This document shows, one piece after another, positions 7,287-17,140 of a DNA stretch of 32,000 nt. The position numbers were made by a program, and so were the translations under genes. Location: NCBI GenBank assembly GCA_022646745.1, contig CP060262.1, positions 2,340,001-2,372,000 on the forward strand. The letters run 5' to 3'. Numbering within the stretch: position 1 is the stretch's first letter; each line of letters starts with the position of its first letter. The stretch is from Planctomycetales bacterium (lineage in GTDB: Bacteria; 4484-113; JAFGCY01). The notes under the pieces are model-generated. The model was not told the DNA's origin, ran no database searches, and saw nothing but the letters and a program-made list of their open reading frames with translations.

Positions 7287-9368
7287 ATGCGGACTCTTTA
7301 CTGCCTTGTTTTGCTAATGCTGCTGGCTGGCACCTGCCTGTCCGCATCCTGCTCCGGCCAGGGAAAGGCATCCCCGCAGCCGCGGTTGATCGTGCCCGGC
7401 AGCCCGCAACTTGCCAGTCCCGCTGAACTTAAGCAGCGGACAGTGTCCTCCACATTCCCGTTCTTCCGCCAGGCCAGTGATTTTCTGCCTGGTGCAACAG
7501 CGCGCACGCTGCCCGGACTGGCCCTTGGACAGCTCATCTTCCAGCCGGACCTCGATGGCGGCGGCAGCGGGAATGGTCCAGCATGGGCAGTTTATGGAAT
7601 CACGCTGGCCGACTTCAGCGGGCCGGACGAGATCACCCTGGACTGGGCGAGTGCTCCGGCAGCTTCCGATGCCTATTTCGGGGTTGCCAACTTCAGCAGC
7701 AAGCGCTGGGACTGGCGCTCGGCTGCGAACGTCTCACTTGTCACGGACACCATCAACGCTGACCACATCAGTCCGACCGAGGTGCTGTACATTGCCGTAC
7801 TGCTGACTGGGACTGATGAGGCGACACTCAACTGGGTCCGCGCCGGTGGCAACATCGCCCCGCTCGTGACATTCGACGCTTCTGTGCGCGGCGGCTTCGG
7901 CAGCCTGACAAGCACTCTGGTGGCCAGTGGGGTTGACCCCGAAGGCACCCCGGTCAGCTTTGCGTTTGATGTGTACGGCAGCAGCAGCTTCACGGACAAC
8001 GGTCCAAGCGGCATCGTGGCGGACGTGCTGTACGACTCCATCGGGGCCTACCATCCAGTCGTGCGGGTGACGGACGGCGATGGTGGCATGACCGAGGAAT
8101 CCATCACAATCGGGGTTGGCTGGGTGCACAGCTATGGCCAGTCCGGCTATGAGGGCCTGAACGCCGCCACGCGCTATGTCGGTGGAGCGCTGCTGGCGGC
8201 CGGCATCACCAATTCCTGGACCCCGGCATTCGACCGCGCGCTGGCCGCAGCCTGGCAGCCGAATGGCAACTTCGCCAATGGCAACAACTTCGGCAATGCG
8301 ACTGCCTCCAGCGAATTCACGCGCCTGGCAACCAATGAGAACAACTTCGTGATGCTCGGCGGATTCACCGCGGAGCCACCGGACTTCAAGACGGACCATT
8401 TCGTGGCACTGGTCAGCTCCACGAACCTGGTCATCTACCAGAAACTGATCGGCACTGCTGAGTATGAAACCGGACTGGACGTCGCACTGGATTCATCTGC
8501 CAACGCTGTTGTGGTCTGTGGGTATGACAACGGTGGTGAGATGGACCTGCTGGTGCTGAAGATTGATTCCGGGGGCAGCGTGGTGATGCAGAAGCTGGTG
8601 ACCGGCACTGGAGCTTTCCTGGATCCGCAGTTGCAGCTGGACAGCGCTGGCAATATATACATCAGCGCCTTGATGGACCGCTCTCCGGATCCGGGCAGGG
8701 ACATCGTGGTGATGCAGCTTGACCCGACCGGTGTATTGCAGTGGGCCAGGCGCCTGGTTGTTCCGTTCAGCGCAGAACTGCGCGGGATGATTGCGGATGA
8801 ACAATCGCTTTACGTCAGCGGCTCGATCCACGCCGAGATGCCGGGTGTGACGGATGGTGCCTACCTTGCATGCATCGGCCATGATGGAAGCTTCAAGTGG
8901 AACCACCGGCTTGGTCTTGGCAATCCGAACTCAAGCTGGTCTCGGATGGCAATCGACGAACGGAATGGCGACCTGCTGCTGTGCGGGATCACATTCAACC
9001 AGGGAGTCGGCGACTCGTCCCTGTGCGGCCTCATTTCAAGGTACTCCTCCAGCGGTGCGCTGCTGTACATCTCGGCCTACAACCAGCCGAACATCAACAA
9101 CCAGTTCCTGGACATCGATTACGACGGGGACGGAGGATTCTTCATCGTCGGGAATGGCGAGGGGGTGACCGGTGAATTCTATGAACCGGCCTACACGGAA
9201 ACCACCGACACCCTGGCCTGGGAGACGATCAGCCCGCTGGTCGCGGACACTGCCGCAAGCATCAGCAACTGGGATGGAGCGCTCGCATCCAACGATGTCC
9301 CGCCGCCGGTGATCGACTCGCCAACCGGCACGACGGATGCGCTCGCGATGCGCTGGTTCCAGCCATGA
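7287..9368 (+). CDS. Lipoprotein with the family A N-terminal module, one PKD-like domain and a C-terminal beta-propeller-type repeat region
   Basis: The signal peptide has Cys lipobox candidates (LLAGT-C / LSAS-C). The module motif AYFGVANFSSKRWDW matches YLGVANFSEGRWDF and WIGAPDYYTGRWSF in the paralogs. A PKD-like stretch reads ...VSFAFDVYGSS...YHPVVRVTDGDGG. Repeats follow of the type DSAGNIYISA / GGSVVMQKL / DGSFKWNHRL, typical of beta-propeller (SBBP-like) repeats. Confidence 0.85.
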   Translation: MRTLYCLVLLMLLAGTCLSASCSGQGKASPQPRLIVPGSPQLASPAELKQRTVSSTFPFFRQASDFLPGATARTLPGLALGQLIFQPDLDGGGSGNGPAWAVYGITLADFSGPDEITLDWASAPAASDAYFGVANFSSKRWDWRSAANVSLVTDTINADHISPTEVLYIAVLLTGTDEATLNWVRAGGNIAPLVTFDASVRGGFGSLTSTLVASGVDPEGTPVSFAFDVYGSSSFTDNGPSGIVADVLYDSIGAYHPVVRVTDGDGGMTEESITIGVGWVHSYGQSGYEGLNAATRYVGGALLAAGITNSWTPAFDRALAAAWQPNGNFANGNNFGNATASSEFTRLATNENNFVMLGGFTAEPPDFKTDHFVALVSSTNLVIYQKLIGTAEYETGLDVALDSSANAVVVCGYDNGGEMDLLVLKIDSGGSVVMQKLVTGTGAFLDPQLQLDSAGNIYISALMDRSPDPGRDIVVMQLDPTGVLQWARRLVVPFSAELRGMIADEQSLYVSGSIHAEMPGVTDGAYLACIGHDGSFKWNHRLGLGNPNSSWSRMAIDERNGDLLLCGITFNQGVGDSSLCGLISRYSSSGALLYISAYNQPNINNQFLDIDYDGDGGFFIVGNGEGVTGEFYEPAYTETTDTLAWETISPLVADTAASISNWDGALASNDVPPPVIDSPTGTTDALAMRWFQP

Positions 9369-9392
9369 AAAAGGGCAGGCCGTGGCCTGCCC
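9368..9392. terminator. GC-rich hairpin between convergent genes; the U-tract is present only on the minus strand
   Basis: GGGCAGGCC (9373-9381) pairs with GGCCTGCCC (9384-9392), realistically 8 bp with a 4-nt loop. On the minus strand the hairpin is followed by TTTTT (complement of 9368-9372), so it suits termination of gatB transcripts. On the plus strand there is no U-tract. Confidence 0.5.
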
Positions 9393-9542
9393 TGTCGGTG
9401 CCGCGGCTTTGGGGGAATGCATTTACTGCGGCACCTTCTGCCATAGATAGACACCGCGTGATCGGGCTGTGATACGTTTTTGCGCAGGAAATCCTCAATA
9501 TTCCGATTTGCAGCAATCAGGCCATTCCAATCAGGCTATTGC

Positions 9543-10985
<1,443 letters not shown>

Positions 10986-11117
10986 GTGACTATTTTAAGG
11001 CAGAGTCTGGACTGCAATTCAAGGCTTAAACCCACTGCAAACCTGTACAGCAGTCCACAAACGTGTTGGTGCCGCAGTTATATCCCTCGCAGCATACATG
11101 CTTGCAGAGGAGTCAAC

Positions 11118-11882
11118 ATGACCAGATTCATTGCTGTTTTCATTCTTTCAATAATGATTACCGCCTTCGCTTCCCTGAGTGCCATCGCTTCCGGACCGTC
11201 CAGCCCCGAAGAGGCCATCGTTGCCCTGAAGGATGGCAACGAGCGCTTCGTTGACGGACGCAGTGCACATCCGAACCTCGACCTGTCCCGCATCCGCGAC
11301 ACCAGCGAGAACGGGCAGCACCCCTTTGCCACCATCATCGGCTGCTCCGACAGCCGCGTACCGCTCGAGCTGGCGCTCGACCAGGGCATCGGCGACCTGT
11401 TCATCATCCGCGTGGCCGGCAATGTCTGCAGCACGGATGAGATCGGCAGCATCGAGTACGGCGTGGACCACCTCGGCACCCCGCTGATGGTCGTGATGGG
11501 CCATACCCATTGCGGTGCCTGCACCGCAGTCGCCCAGGGCGCGGAAGTACACGGCAGCATCCCGGCACTGGTGGCCCCGATCGGCGACGCAGTCAAGGCC
11601 GTCAAGTCCACCAACCACGAGCTTGAAGGTGACGAGCTTGTGGCGGCCGTTGTCGAGGAGAACGTCTGGCAGTCCATTGAGGACCTGCTGATGAAGAGCC
11701 CCGACACCCTCAAGCATGTCAACAGCGGCACCACCAAGGTGATCGGCGCGATCTATGACATTGAGACCGGCGAAGTGCGCTGGCTCGGCGAGCACCCGAA
11801 ACAGGCAACCATCATCGCGGCTGCCGGCGGTGGCAATGGACACATTGCCAGCGTGGATGGCCACGGCGACGGACACCGTTAA
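11118..11882 (+). CDS. Beta-class carbonic anhydrase with an N-terminal signal peptide (copy 1 of 3)
   Basis: The ATG at 11118 is preceded by GAGGAG (11107-11112); the longer ORF from 10932 is rejected. The hydrophobic leader is MTRFIAVFILSIMITAFASLSAIA-SG. Beta-CA zinc and catalytic motifs GCSDSRVP and GHTHCGAC are present. The C-terminal tail is His/Gly-rich (GNGHIASVDGHGDGHR). Confidence 0.92.
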   Translation: MTRFIAVFILSIMITAFASLSAIASGPSSPEEAIVALKDGNERFVDGRSAHPNLDLSRIRDTSENGQHPFATIIGCSDSRVPLELALDQGIGDLFIIRVAGNVCSTDEIGSIEYGVDHLGTPLMVVMGHTHCGACTAVAQGAEVHGSIPALVAPIGDAVKAVKSTNHELEGDELVAAVVEENVWQSIEDLLMKSPDTLKHVNSGTTKVIGAIYDIETGEVRWLGEHPKQATIIAAAGGGNGHIASVDGHGDGHR

Positions 11883-11898
11883 CCTGCTAAGCAACCGG

Positions 11899-11933
11899 CG
11901 GCCGGCCATGGAGGGCCGGCCGTTTGCTTTTCT
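11899..11933 (+). terminator. Intrinsic terminator after beta-CA copy 1
   Basis: A 9-bp GC stem, CGGCCGGCC (11899-11907) pairing with GGCCGGCCG (11914-11922), closes a 6-nt loop. It is followed by TTTGCTTTTCT (11923-11933). Confidence 0.7.
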
Positions 11934-12003
11934 GGGGAGGCTTGTTGACTATTGCAGTCCTGCCGGATAATGTTGCTTCCCAATCGCACCTGCAGGAAAG
12001 AAA

Positions 12004-12750
12004 ATGAAGTCCAACTTCCTCCTCATCATCGTCATGCTTTGCAGCTGCCTGGCCTCAGCGGCCGTCGCTGCAGACCTGCCCAGCCCGCAGGAAGCACTGG
12101 CCAGCCTGGTTGATGGCAATGCCCGCTTCGTGGCCGGCGAAAGTGCGCACCCGCACCTGACAATAGATCGGGTGCTGGAGACCGGTAAGGATGGCCAGCG
12201 TCCCTTTGCGACTATCATCGGCTGTTCCGACAGCCGTGTACCGATCGAGCTGGTGATGGACCAGGGGCTGGGTGACCTGTTCATCATCCGTGTGGCCGGC
12301 AATGTCTGCAGCACGGACGAGATCGGCAGCATAGAGTACGGCGTTGACCACCTCAATACCCCGCTGATGGTGGTGCTGGGGCATACGCACTGCGGTGCCT
12401 GCACGGCGGTGGCCACGCATGCGGAGGTGCATGGCAGCATCCCTGCGCTGGTGGCCCCGATTGGCACCGCAGTGGCGGAAGTGCTGGACGCCCAGCCTGG
12501 CCTTGAAGGTGATGCACTAGTGGAGGCTGTGGTCGAGGAGAACGTCTGGCAGTCCGTCGAGAGCCTTCTGAAGCGCAGCCCTGATACGCTCAGGCATATT
12601 GAGGAAGGTAGCCTGATGGTGGTCGGCGCGGTCTACGATATCGAGACGGGCGTGGTTGAATGGCTTGGCGAGCACCCGCAGCAGTCTGAGATCCTGATGG
12701 CGATGGCAGACGGCAGCACACTCGCTGAGACGGCTACTTCTCGCGACTGA
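12004..12750 (+). CDS. Beta-class carbonic anhydrase with an N-terminal signal peptide (copy 2 of 3)
   Basis: AGGAAAG precedes the ATG. The leader is MKSNFLLIIVMLCSCLASAAVA-AD. It has the same GCSDSRVP and GHTHCGAC motifs. The segment 12274-12354 matches 11394-11474 at 77 of 81 nt. Confidence 0.92.
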   Translation: MKSNFLLIIVMLCSCLASAAVAADLPSPQEALASLVDGNARFVAGESAHPHLTIDRVLETGKDGQRPFATIIGCSDSRVPIELVMDQGLGDLFIIRVAGNVCSTDEIGSIEYGVDHLNTPLMVVLGHTHCGACTAVATHAEVHGSIPALVAPIGTAVAEVLDAQPGLEGDALVEAVVEENVWQSVESLLKRSPDTLRHIEEGSLMVVGAVYDIETGVVEWLGEHPQQSEILMAMADGSTLAETATSRD

Positions 12751-12798
12751 TCCGAACACAAGCTACGTTGGTTCCGGCCTTGGACAGTCTGCAATGGT

Positions 12799-12829
12799 CT
12801 GACCACTGACGACTGACCACTGACTACTG
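12799..12829. repeat. Short tandem repeat, a 14-nt unit present about 2.2 times
   Basis: CTGACCACTGACGA (12799-12812), then CTGACCACTGACTA (12813-12826), then CTG. It lies in the spacer between beta-CA copies 2 and 3. Confidence 0.6.
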
Positions 12830-12846
12830 TTCTATACTCTTCACCG

Positions 12847-13551
12847 ATGTTTCCCTCAGCATTCTCCTCATCCATCCACTTCGCCCCGGACGGCTGGGCC
12901 GGCACGGCTTCTGATCGTCCTTCGCCCACGGAGGCCCTGCGCCTGATGCAGGAGGGCAACCGCCGCTTCCTGGCCGGTCAGAGCGAGCTGGCGGAGCATG
13001 ACCTGGCGCATATCCTTGAGCACAGCCGCAAGGGCCAGCAGCCACTGGCCACGGTGCTTGGCTGCTCCGACAGCCGGGTGCCGCTGGAGCTGGTGCTCGA
13101 CCAGCACATCGGCGACCTGTTCGTGATCCGTGTCGCCGGCAACGTGGTGCGCACCGCCACGCTTGGCACTATCGAGTACGGTGTGGATGCACTCAAGACT
13201 CCGCTATTGGTCGTGATGGGCCATACGCATTGCGGCGCCTGCACGGCGGTTGCCAACGGTGACGAGTTGGGAGGCCATATCCCGCAGTTGGTGGCCCCGA
13301 TCGGCGATGCGCTGGCCGCGGTCAGGCAGCGGTACTCCAGCCTGGAGGGCGAGGCCCTGCTCAACGCCGTGATAGAGGAGAACGTCTGGCAGAGCATCGA
13401 GGACATGCTGCGTCACAGCTCAGTTGTGCGTGGCCTTGTACGGAATGGCTCGCTCAAGGTGAAGGGCGCGGTTTACGACATCGAAAGCGGAGCGGTCAAA
13501 TGGCTCGGCCCGCATCCGCGCCAGAATGTGATCATCGCGGAACTGGGCTAG
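12847..13551 (+). CDS. Beta-class carbonic anhydrase without a recognisable signal peptide (copy 3 of 3)
   Basis: 234 aa carrying GCSDSRVP and GHTHCGAC. The N-terminus MFPSAFSSSIHFAPDGWAGTASDRPSP lacks a hydrophobic core. This is the only in-frame ATG upstream of the conserved ALRLMQEGNRRF helix. No Shine-Dalgarno sequence is visible. Confidence 0.88.
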   Translation: MFPSAFSSSIHFAPDGWAGTASDRPSPTEALRLMQEGNRRFLAGQSELAEHDLAHILEHSRKGQQPLATVLGCSDSRVPLELVLDQHIGDLFVIRVAGNVVRTATLGTIEYGVDALKTPLLVVMGHTHCGACTAVANGDELGGHIPQLVAPIGDALAAVRQRYSSLEGEALLNAVIEENVWQSIEDMLRHSSVVRGLVRNGSLKVKGAVYDIESGAVKWLGPHPRQNVIIAELG

Positions 13552-13658
13552 GGCAGGCCGGACAAGAGTCAGGCCATCTGGGAACTGACAGCAGGTTTAG
13601 GGCCAGCCCGGCCTACACCTCAGTTTGCCGCAGGAACACAAGGCCTGTACCATGCTCC

Positions 13659-15485
13659 TTATTCCCTCAGCCACTCCAGTACATTGCAGAGCATGTCGCA
13701 GCGCAGGGTCGGCTCCCCCGTGTTGTCAGGATCCTGCAGGATCTCGACCTCCGTCCAGGCATAGCCGATCACCCAGCAGCGCGCCGTGCCGCTGGAGCTC
13801 AGGTCGCAGAATGGCGGATAACCGTTGAATCTGCAGGGTGCGGTGGTGCAGCCCCAGCTCACGAGTGCGCTGACATGCCCAGGATCCTCAGGGTAGGGTG
13901 AGAAGAACAGGCCGGGCTGGAATCCAGGTGCCGCACACATCCCGCCTAGGCCCTCACGTGGCATGATGCTGGAATTCCAGGCCCGTGTGCTGAACTGCGC
14001 ATCTGCGGGAACGCGGATCGCCCATGGTACGCGCCCGCCCGCACCGGCGTAACGCTCACCGTCATCACGGCCCATGCCGTCGTCAAACTCCGGGTCGGTC
14101 TGGAATGAGCCGACGAGGCTGACGGTCGACACGGGCAGGCTGATCCCGGTTGCCAGCAAGGGGTCGGGCCAATAGGGCAGGCCGACGGCGTCGGTGAACT
14201 CCAGATCGTTGCCAGGCAGCACCTGCGTTACGGGCTCGAAGCCCAGTTCCTGCCAGCTCAGGCCCTTGCTGACCCCCATGTTCTGGCTCATCACGAGCAT
14301 GTTCATCCCGCTTTCCAGCAGGGCCATCACGTCGGTCTGCTCAGCATACCCCCAGCTGTTGTAAGCGAGGCTGCGGTTCGGTCCGCCGCGCCCCCCGCAG
14401 TACCAGACCACGCTGTCGTAGCCACCCTCCAGCAGGGTGCTGCTCAGGCCCGGTTCATAGAGGAACCAGTCAAAGTCTGCACCGATGCGCTGCAGGTCGA
14501 ATCTCACAGCGATGTAGCCGATGTAATCGCTGGCATCGCCATTGTTGACGAGCGCCAGCCGGCCTCCGGAATAGACGGGGCGTGGCAGATCAGGAAACAG
14601 GTCCCCGAAGTAGATCATGTGAAAGCTTTCGAGATCCTTTGAATAGCAGAAGCTGTTGATATCCCAGGAGATTTCGCCGAGCACCCCATTCACCGAGTCG
14701 TAGGACTGGACTCTGTAGTCATACCAGCCCGGCAGTTCCGGCTCATCGCGGAATTCGAAGCGCAGCGGCTCAGCCCCACCGCCGCTGCCCTCGCTGAGCA
14801 GCATGCTGTGCTGCGCGGAATCCGCCCCCGGCAGGAAATCCGGCAGGAAGGTCTTGTCCTGCGGTCCCTGGCGGAAGACGCGGTAGCCATCGAGCCTGTC
14901 ACCGAAGTTGGCGGCGATCGGCGTGAGGTCCGCCAGGTTGAGAAGGCCGTTGCCATCTCCGTCAATCTGGGCCAGCCTGCGGTTGAGCGCCGGATCAGCC
15001 ACACTGTCATCCGGGACCGTGGCGTGGCCCTCGCGTGTGGAGATCCGTGTGTATTGCACGGTGGAATTGAAGTACTGTCCGAGCGGCGTGATGTCGGCGA
15101 TGTCTACGACGCCGTTGAGATCGTAATCCCCGGGGTGCCGGAAGGACCAGCTCAGATTGATTCCCTGCGGTGGTGCTCCTCCCTCGCCGTCGGGATCGTC
15201 AAGTTCCGCGAGTACGTCATACACTCCGCTGCCGGAGTACAGTGAGTAGTCTGCGGCACTCGTGGCCTCCCGCTCCTGCAGGCGCGCAAGCTCCAGCAGC
15301 AGTGCCATTTCCAGTTCCGGGTAATCCGTGACGAATCGCCGCTTCTCTGCGGGGCGGACGGCGTGAGTTTGCCCGGATGACGAGGAGCAGGCGCCGGCAG
15401 TGGACAGCAGTAGCAGAGCCATGATCAGCATGAGTCCAGTACCAGTCGTAACATATCTGTTGGCTTGCTGATGGGATCGTTTCAT
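13659..15485 (-). CDS. Lipoprotein, family B paralog 1: dockerin-like double Ca-loop module plus a shared C-terminal domain
   Basis: The ORF is open to 15572. The ATG at 15485 gives MKRSHQQANRYVTTGTGLMLIMALLLLSTAGA-C, a lipobox; an alternative ATG lies at 15506. Two EF-hand-like loops are present, GDYDLNGVVDIADITPLGQYF and DGDGNGLLNLADLTPIAANFG, followed by LDGYRVFR. The C-terminal domain shares VVWYCGGRGGP, MNMLVMSQN, SWGCTTAP and CWVIGYAWTEVEI with 17977-19845. Confidence 0.8.
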   Translation of the reverse strand: MKRSHQQANRYVTTGTGLMLIMALLLLSTAGACSSSSGQTHAVRPAEKRRFVTDYPELEMALLLELARLQEREATSAADYSLYSGSGVYDVLAELDDPDGEGGAPPQGINLSWSFRHPGDYDLNGVVDIADITPLGQYFNSTVQYTRISTREGHATVPDDSVADPALNRRLAQIDGDGNGLLNLADLTPIAANFGDRLDGYRVFRQGPQDKTFLPDFLPGADSAQHSMLLSEGSGGGAEPLRFEFRDEPELPGWYDYRVQSYDSVNGVLGEISWDINSFCYSKDLESFHMIYFGDLFPDLPRPVYSGGRLALVNNGDASDYIGYIAVRFDLQRIGADFDWFLYEPGLSSTLLEGGYDSVVWYCGGRGGPNRSLAYNSWGYAEQTDVMALLESGMNMLVMSQNMGVSKGLSWQELGFEPVTQVLPGNDLEFTDAVGLPYWPDPLLATGISLPVSTVSLVGSFQTDPEFDDGMGRDDGERYAGAGGRVPWAIRVPADAQFSTRAWNSSIMPREGLGGMCAAPGFQPGLFFSPYPEDPGHVSALVSWGCTTAPCRFNGYPPFCDLSSSGTARCWVIGYAWTEVEILQDPDNTGEPTLRCDMLCNVLEWLRE

Positions 15486-15607
15486 CTGTTCAGTGATCTG
15501 CCGCATCAAGCAGATCATATCCGGAGTTTCGCCTGGGCAGACTGCACAATCGGCCTTCGATTCTGACTGCACACATCAATTGATCTAATTCACGATGTTG
15601 CTTGATA

Positions 15608-15635
15608 TTGCAATGTCAGTCCCCTCCGGTAGAAT
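15608..15635 (+). promoter_or_regulatory. Putative sigma70-like promoter for the cytochrome c peroxidase gene
   Basis: TTGCAA (15608-13), a 16-nt spacer, then TAGAAT (15630-35), about 49 nt upstream of the ATG at 15684. Confidence 0.35.
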
Positions 15636-15683
15636 CTGCAGAGGCTGCTGTTCCAGAAGACGGTGGCCTGTGAAGGGGTTTCC

Positions 15684-17036
15684 ATGAAACTGAAAGGGCT
15701 GATCACGACAACTGCAGTGCTTGCAGCGCTGGCTTCCTCCTGTGGTGGAGGGGGCTCGGCACCACAGCAGGACCTGGACAATGAACTGCGTCAGGCGCTA
15801 AGCACCTACGGTGTCAGTGAGCTTGCAACGCTTCCAATGCATTCCGCCGAGAAGGTGGCCCTGGGCCGTGCACTGTTCTTCGACAAGCTGCTCAGTGGCA
15901 ACCGGGACATGTCCTGTGCCACCTGCCATGACCCCCGTGAAGCGGGCGGTGACGGACTCTCCCTGTCCGTCGGTGTCGGCGGCAGCGGGATCGGGCATGC
16001 GCGCACGCTTGGCGACGGGAAGGAATTCATCCCGCGCAATGCCCCGGAGATCTTCGAGCGCGGTGGTCCCGAGTTCACCAGCATGTTCTGGGACAGCCGG
16101 GTACATGAGGACGAGCAGGGCTTCCTGCACACCCCGGCGATGGGCATGCTGCCGCAGGGCCTGGACAGCGTACTGGCGGCACAGGCGATGTTCCCGGTCA
16201 CCTCACGCGCAGAGATGCGCGGCTTCGTCGGTGACAATGATGTGCTGGGCGACCCCAATGAACTTGCGCCCCTGGCTGACAACGACTTCCCCGGCATGTG
16301 GAGCAGCCTGATGGACCGTGTGATGGCTGTGGAGGAGTACCGCCACATGTTCGCCGCTGCCTATCCCGCTGTTGACGAGGCGGAATTCGGCTTCCAGCAC
16401 GCGGCGAATGCGATCGCCGCCTTCGAGGGTACCGGCTTCAGCTTCCGTGACACCCCGTTTGACAACTACCTCTCCGGTGACGACTCGGCGATGACCGACA
16501 CGCAGAAGGAGGGTGCGCTGCTGTTCTACGGTGCCGCAGGCTGCGCTCGCTGCCATACCGGCTCAGCGTTGACCGACCTGCAGCACTACAACTTCATGGT
16601 GCCGGCGCTCGGTCCCGGCAAGCAGGATGGCATCGACCCCGGCTTCGCCCTGACCAGCCACAATGATGCCGACCGCTTCTCCTTCCGCACCCCGCCGCTG
16701 CGCAATGTCGAGCTGACCGGTCCATGGATGCATGACGGCTCGTTCACTGACCTGCGCAGTGCGGTGAAGCATATGCTGGACTGCCAGGACAGTGTGCACA
16801 ACTACGACCCGCTGACACTCAAGTCTGATGTGCGCGAGACCCTCAACATGGACCAGGCGCTGATGGACGAGATGCTGGCAACGATCAGCCCGGCTGCCGC
16901 CGAGCGCCGCGAACTGACGGAGGCACAGATTGACCAGCTGATGGCATTCCTGCATGCCCTGACTGACCCGTCAGCGGCAACTGAGATGCCGGCCCTGCTG
17001 CCTGCCAGCGTACCGAGCGGCCTGCCGGTGGATTAG
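15684..17036 (+). CDS. Di-haem cytochrome c peroxidase / MauG-family protein, lipoprotein-type signal
   Basis: The ATG at 15684 follows GAAGGGG; the GTG at 15663 is rejected. The leader is MKLKGLITTTAVLAALASS-C. There are two CxxCH haem motifs (CATCH and CARCH), and the family block FRTPPLRNVELTGPWMHDGSF is present. Confidence 0.92.
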   Translation: MKLKGLITTTAVLAALASSCGGGGSAPQQDLDNELRQALSTYGVSELATLPMHSAEKVALGRALFFDKLLSGNRDMSCATCHDPREAGGDGLSLSVGVGGSGIGHARTLGDGKEFIPRNAPEIFERGGPEFTSMFWDSRVHEDEQGFLHTPAMGMLPQGLDSVLAAQAMFPVTSRAEMRGFVGDNDVLGDPNELAPLADNDFPGMWSSLMDRVMAVEEYRHMFAAAYPAVDEAEFGFQHAANAIAAFEGTGFSFRDTPFDNYLSGDDSAMTDTQKEGALLFYGAAGCARCHTGSALTDLQHYNFMVPALGPGKQDGIDPGFALTSHNDADRFSFRTPPLRNVELTGPWMHDGSFTDLRSAVKHMLDCQDSVHNYDPLTLKSDVRETLNMDQALMDEMLATISPAAAERRELTEAQIDQLMAFLHALTDPSAATEMPALLPASVPSGLPVD

Positions 17037-17140
17037 GAGGTCAGCTGTCAAGCTGACAACGGAGGTGTGGCGCAAGTCGCACAATCTGAGCAAACCGGAG
17101 CTGACAACCAACCTCAGGCACGAACCTCGACGGGAAGTTT

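Noticed and set aside
9397-9481. A possible small RNA or second terminator in the 150-nt gatB-distal spacer: inverted repeat GGTGCCGC (9397-9404) / GCGGCACC (9427-9434), and an imperfect hairpin at 9457-9476 followed by TTTTT
   Set aside because: The first stem encloses a 22-nt loop. The second has a bulge and only 6 bp. Neither is strong enough to call, and I see no promoter or conserved structure. Term-seq could revisit this.
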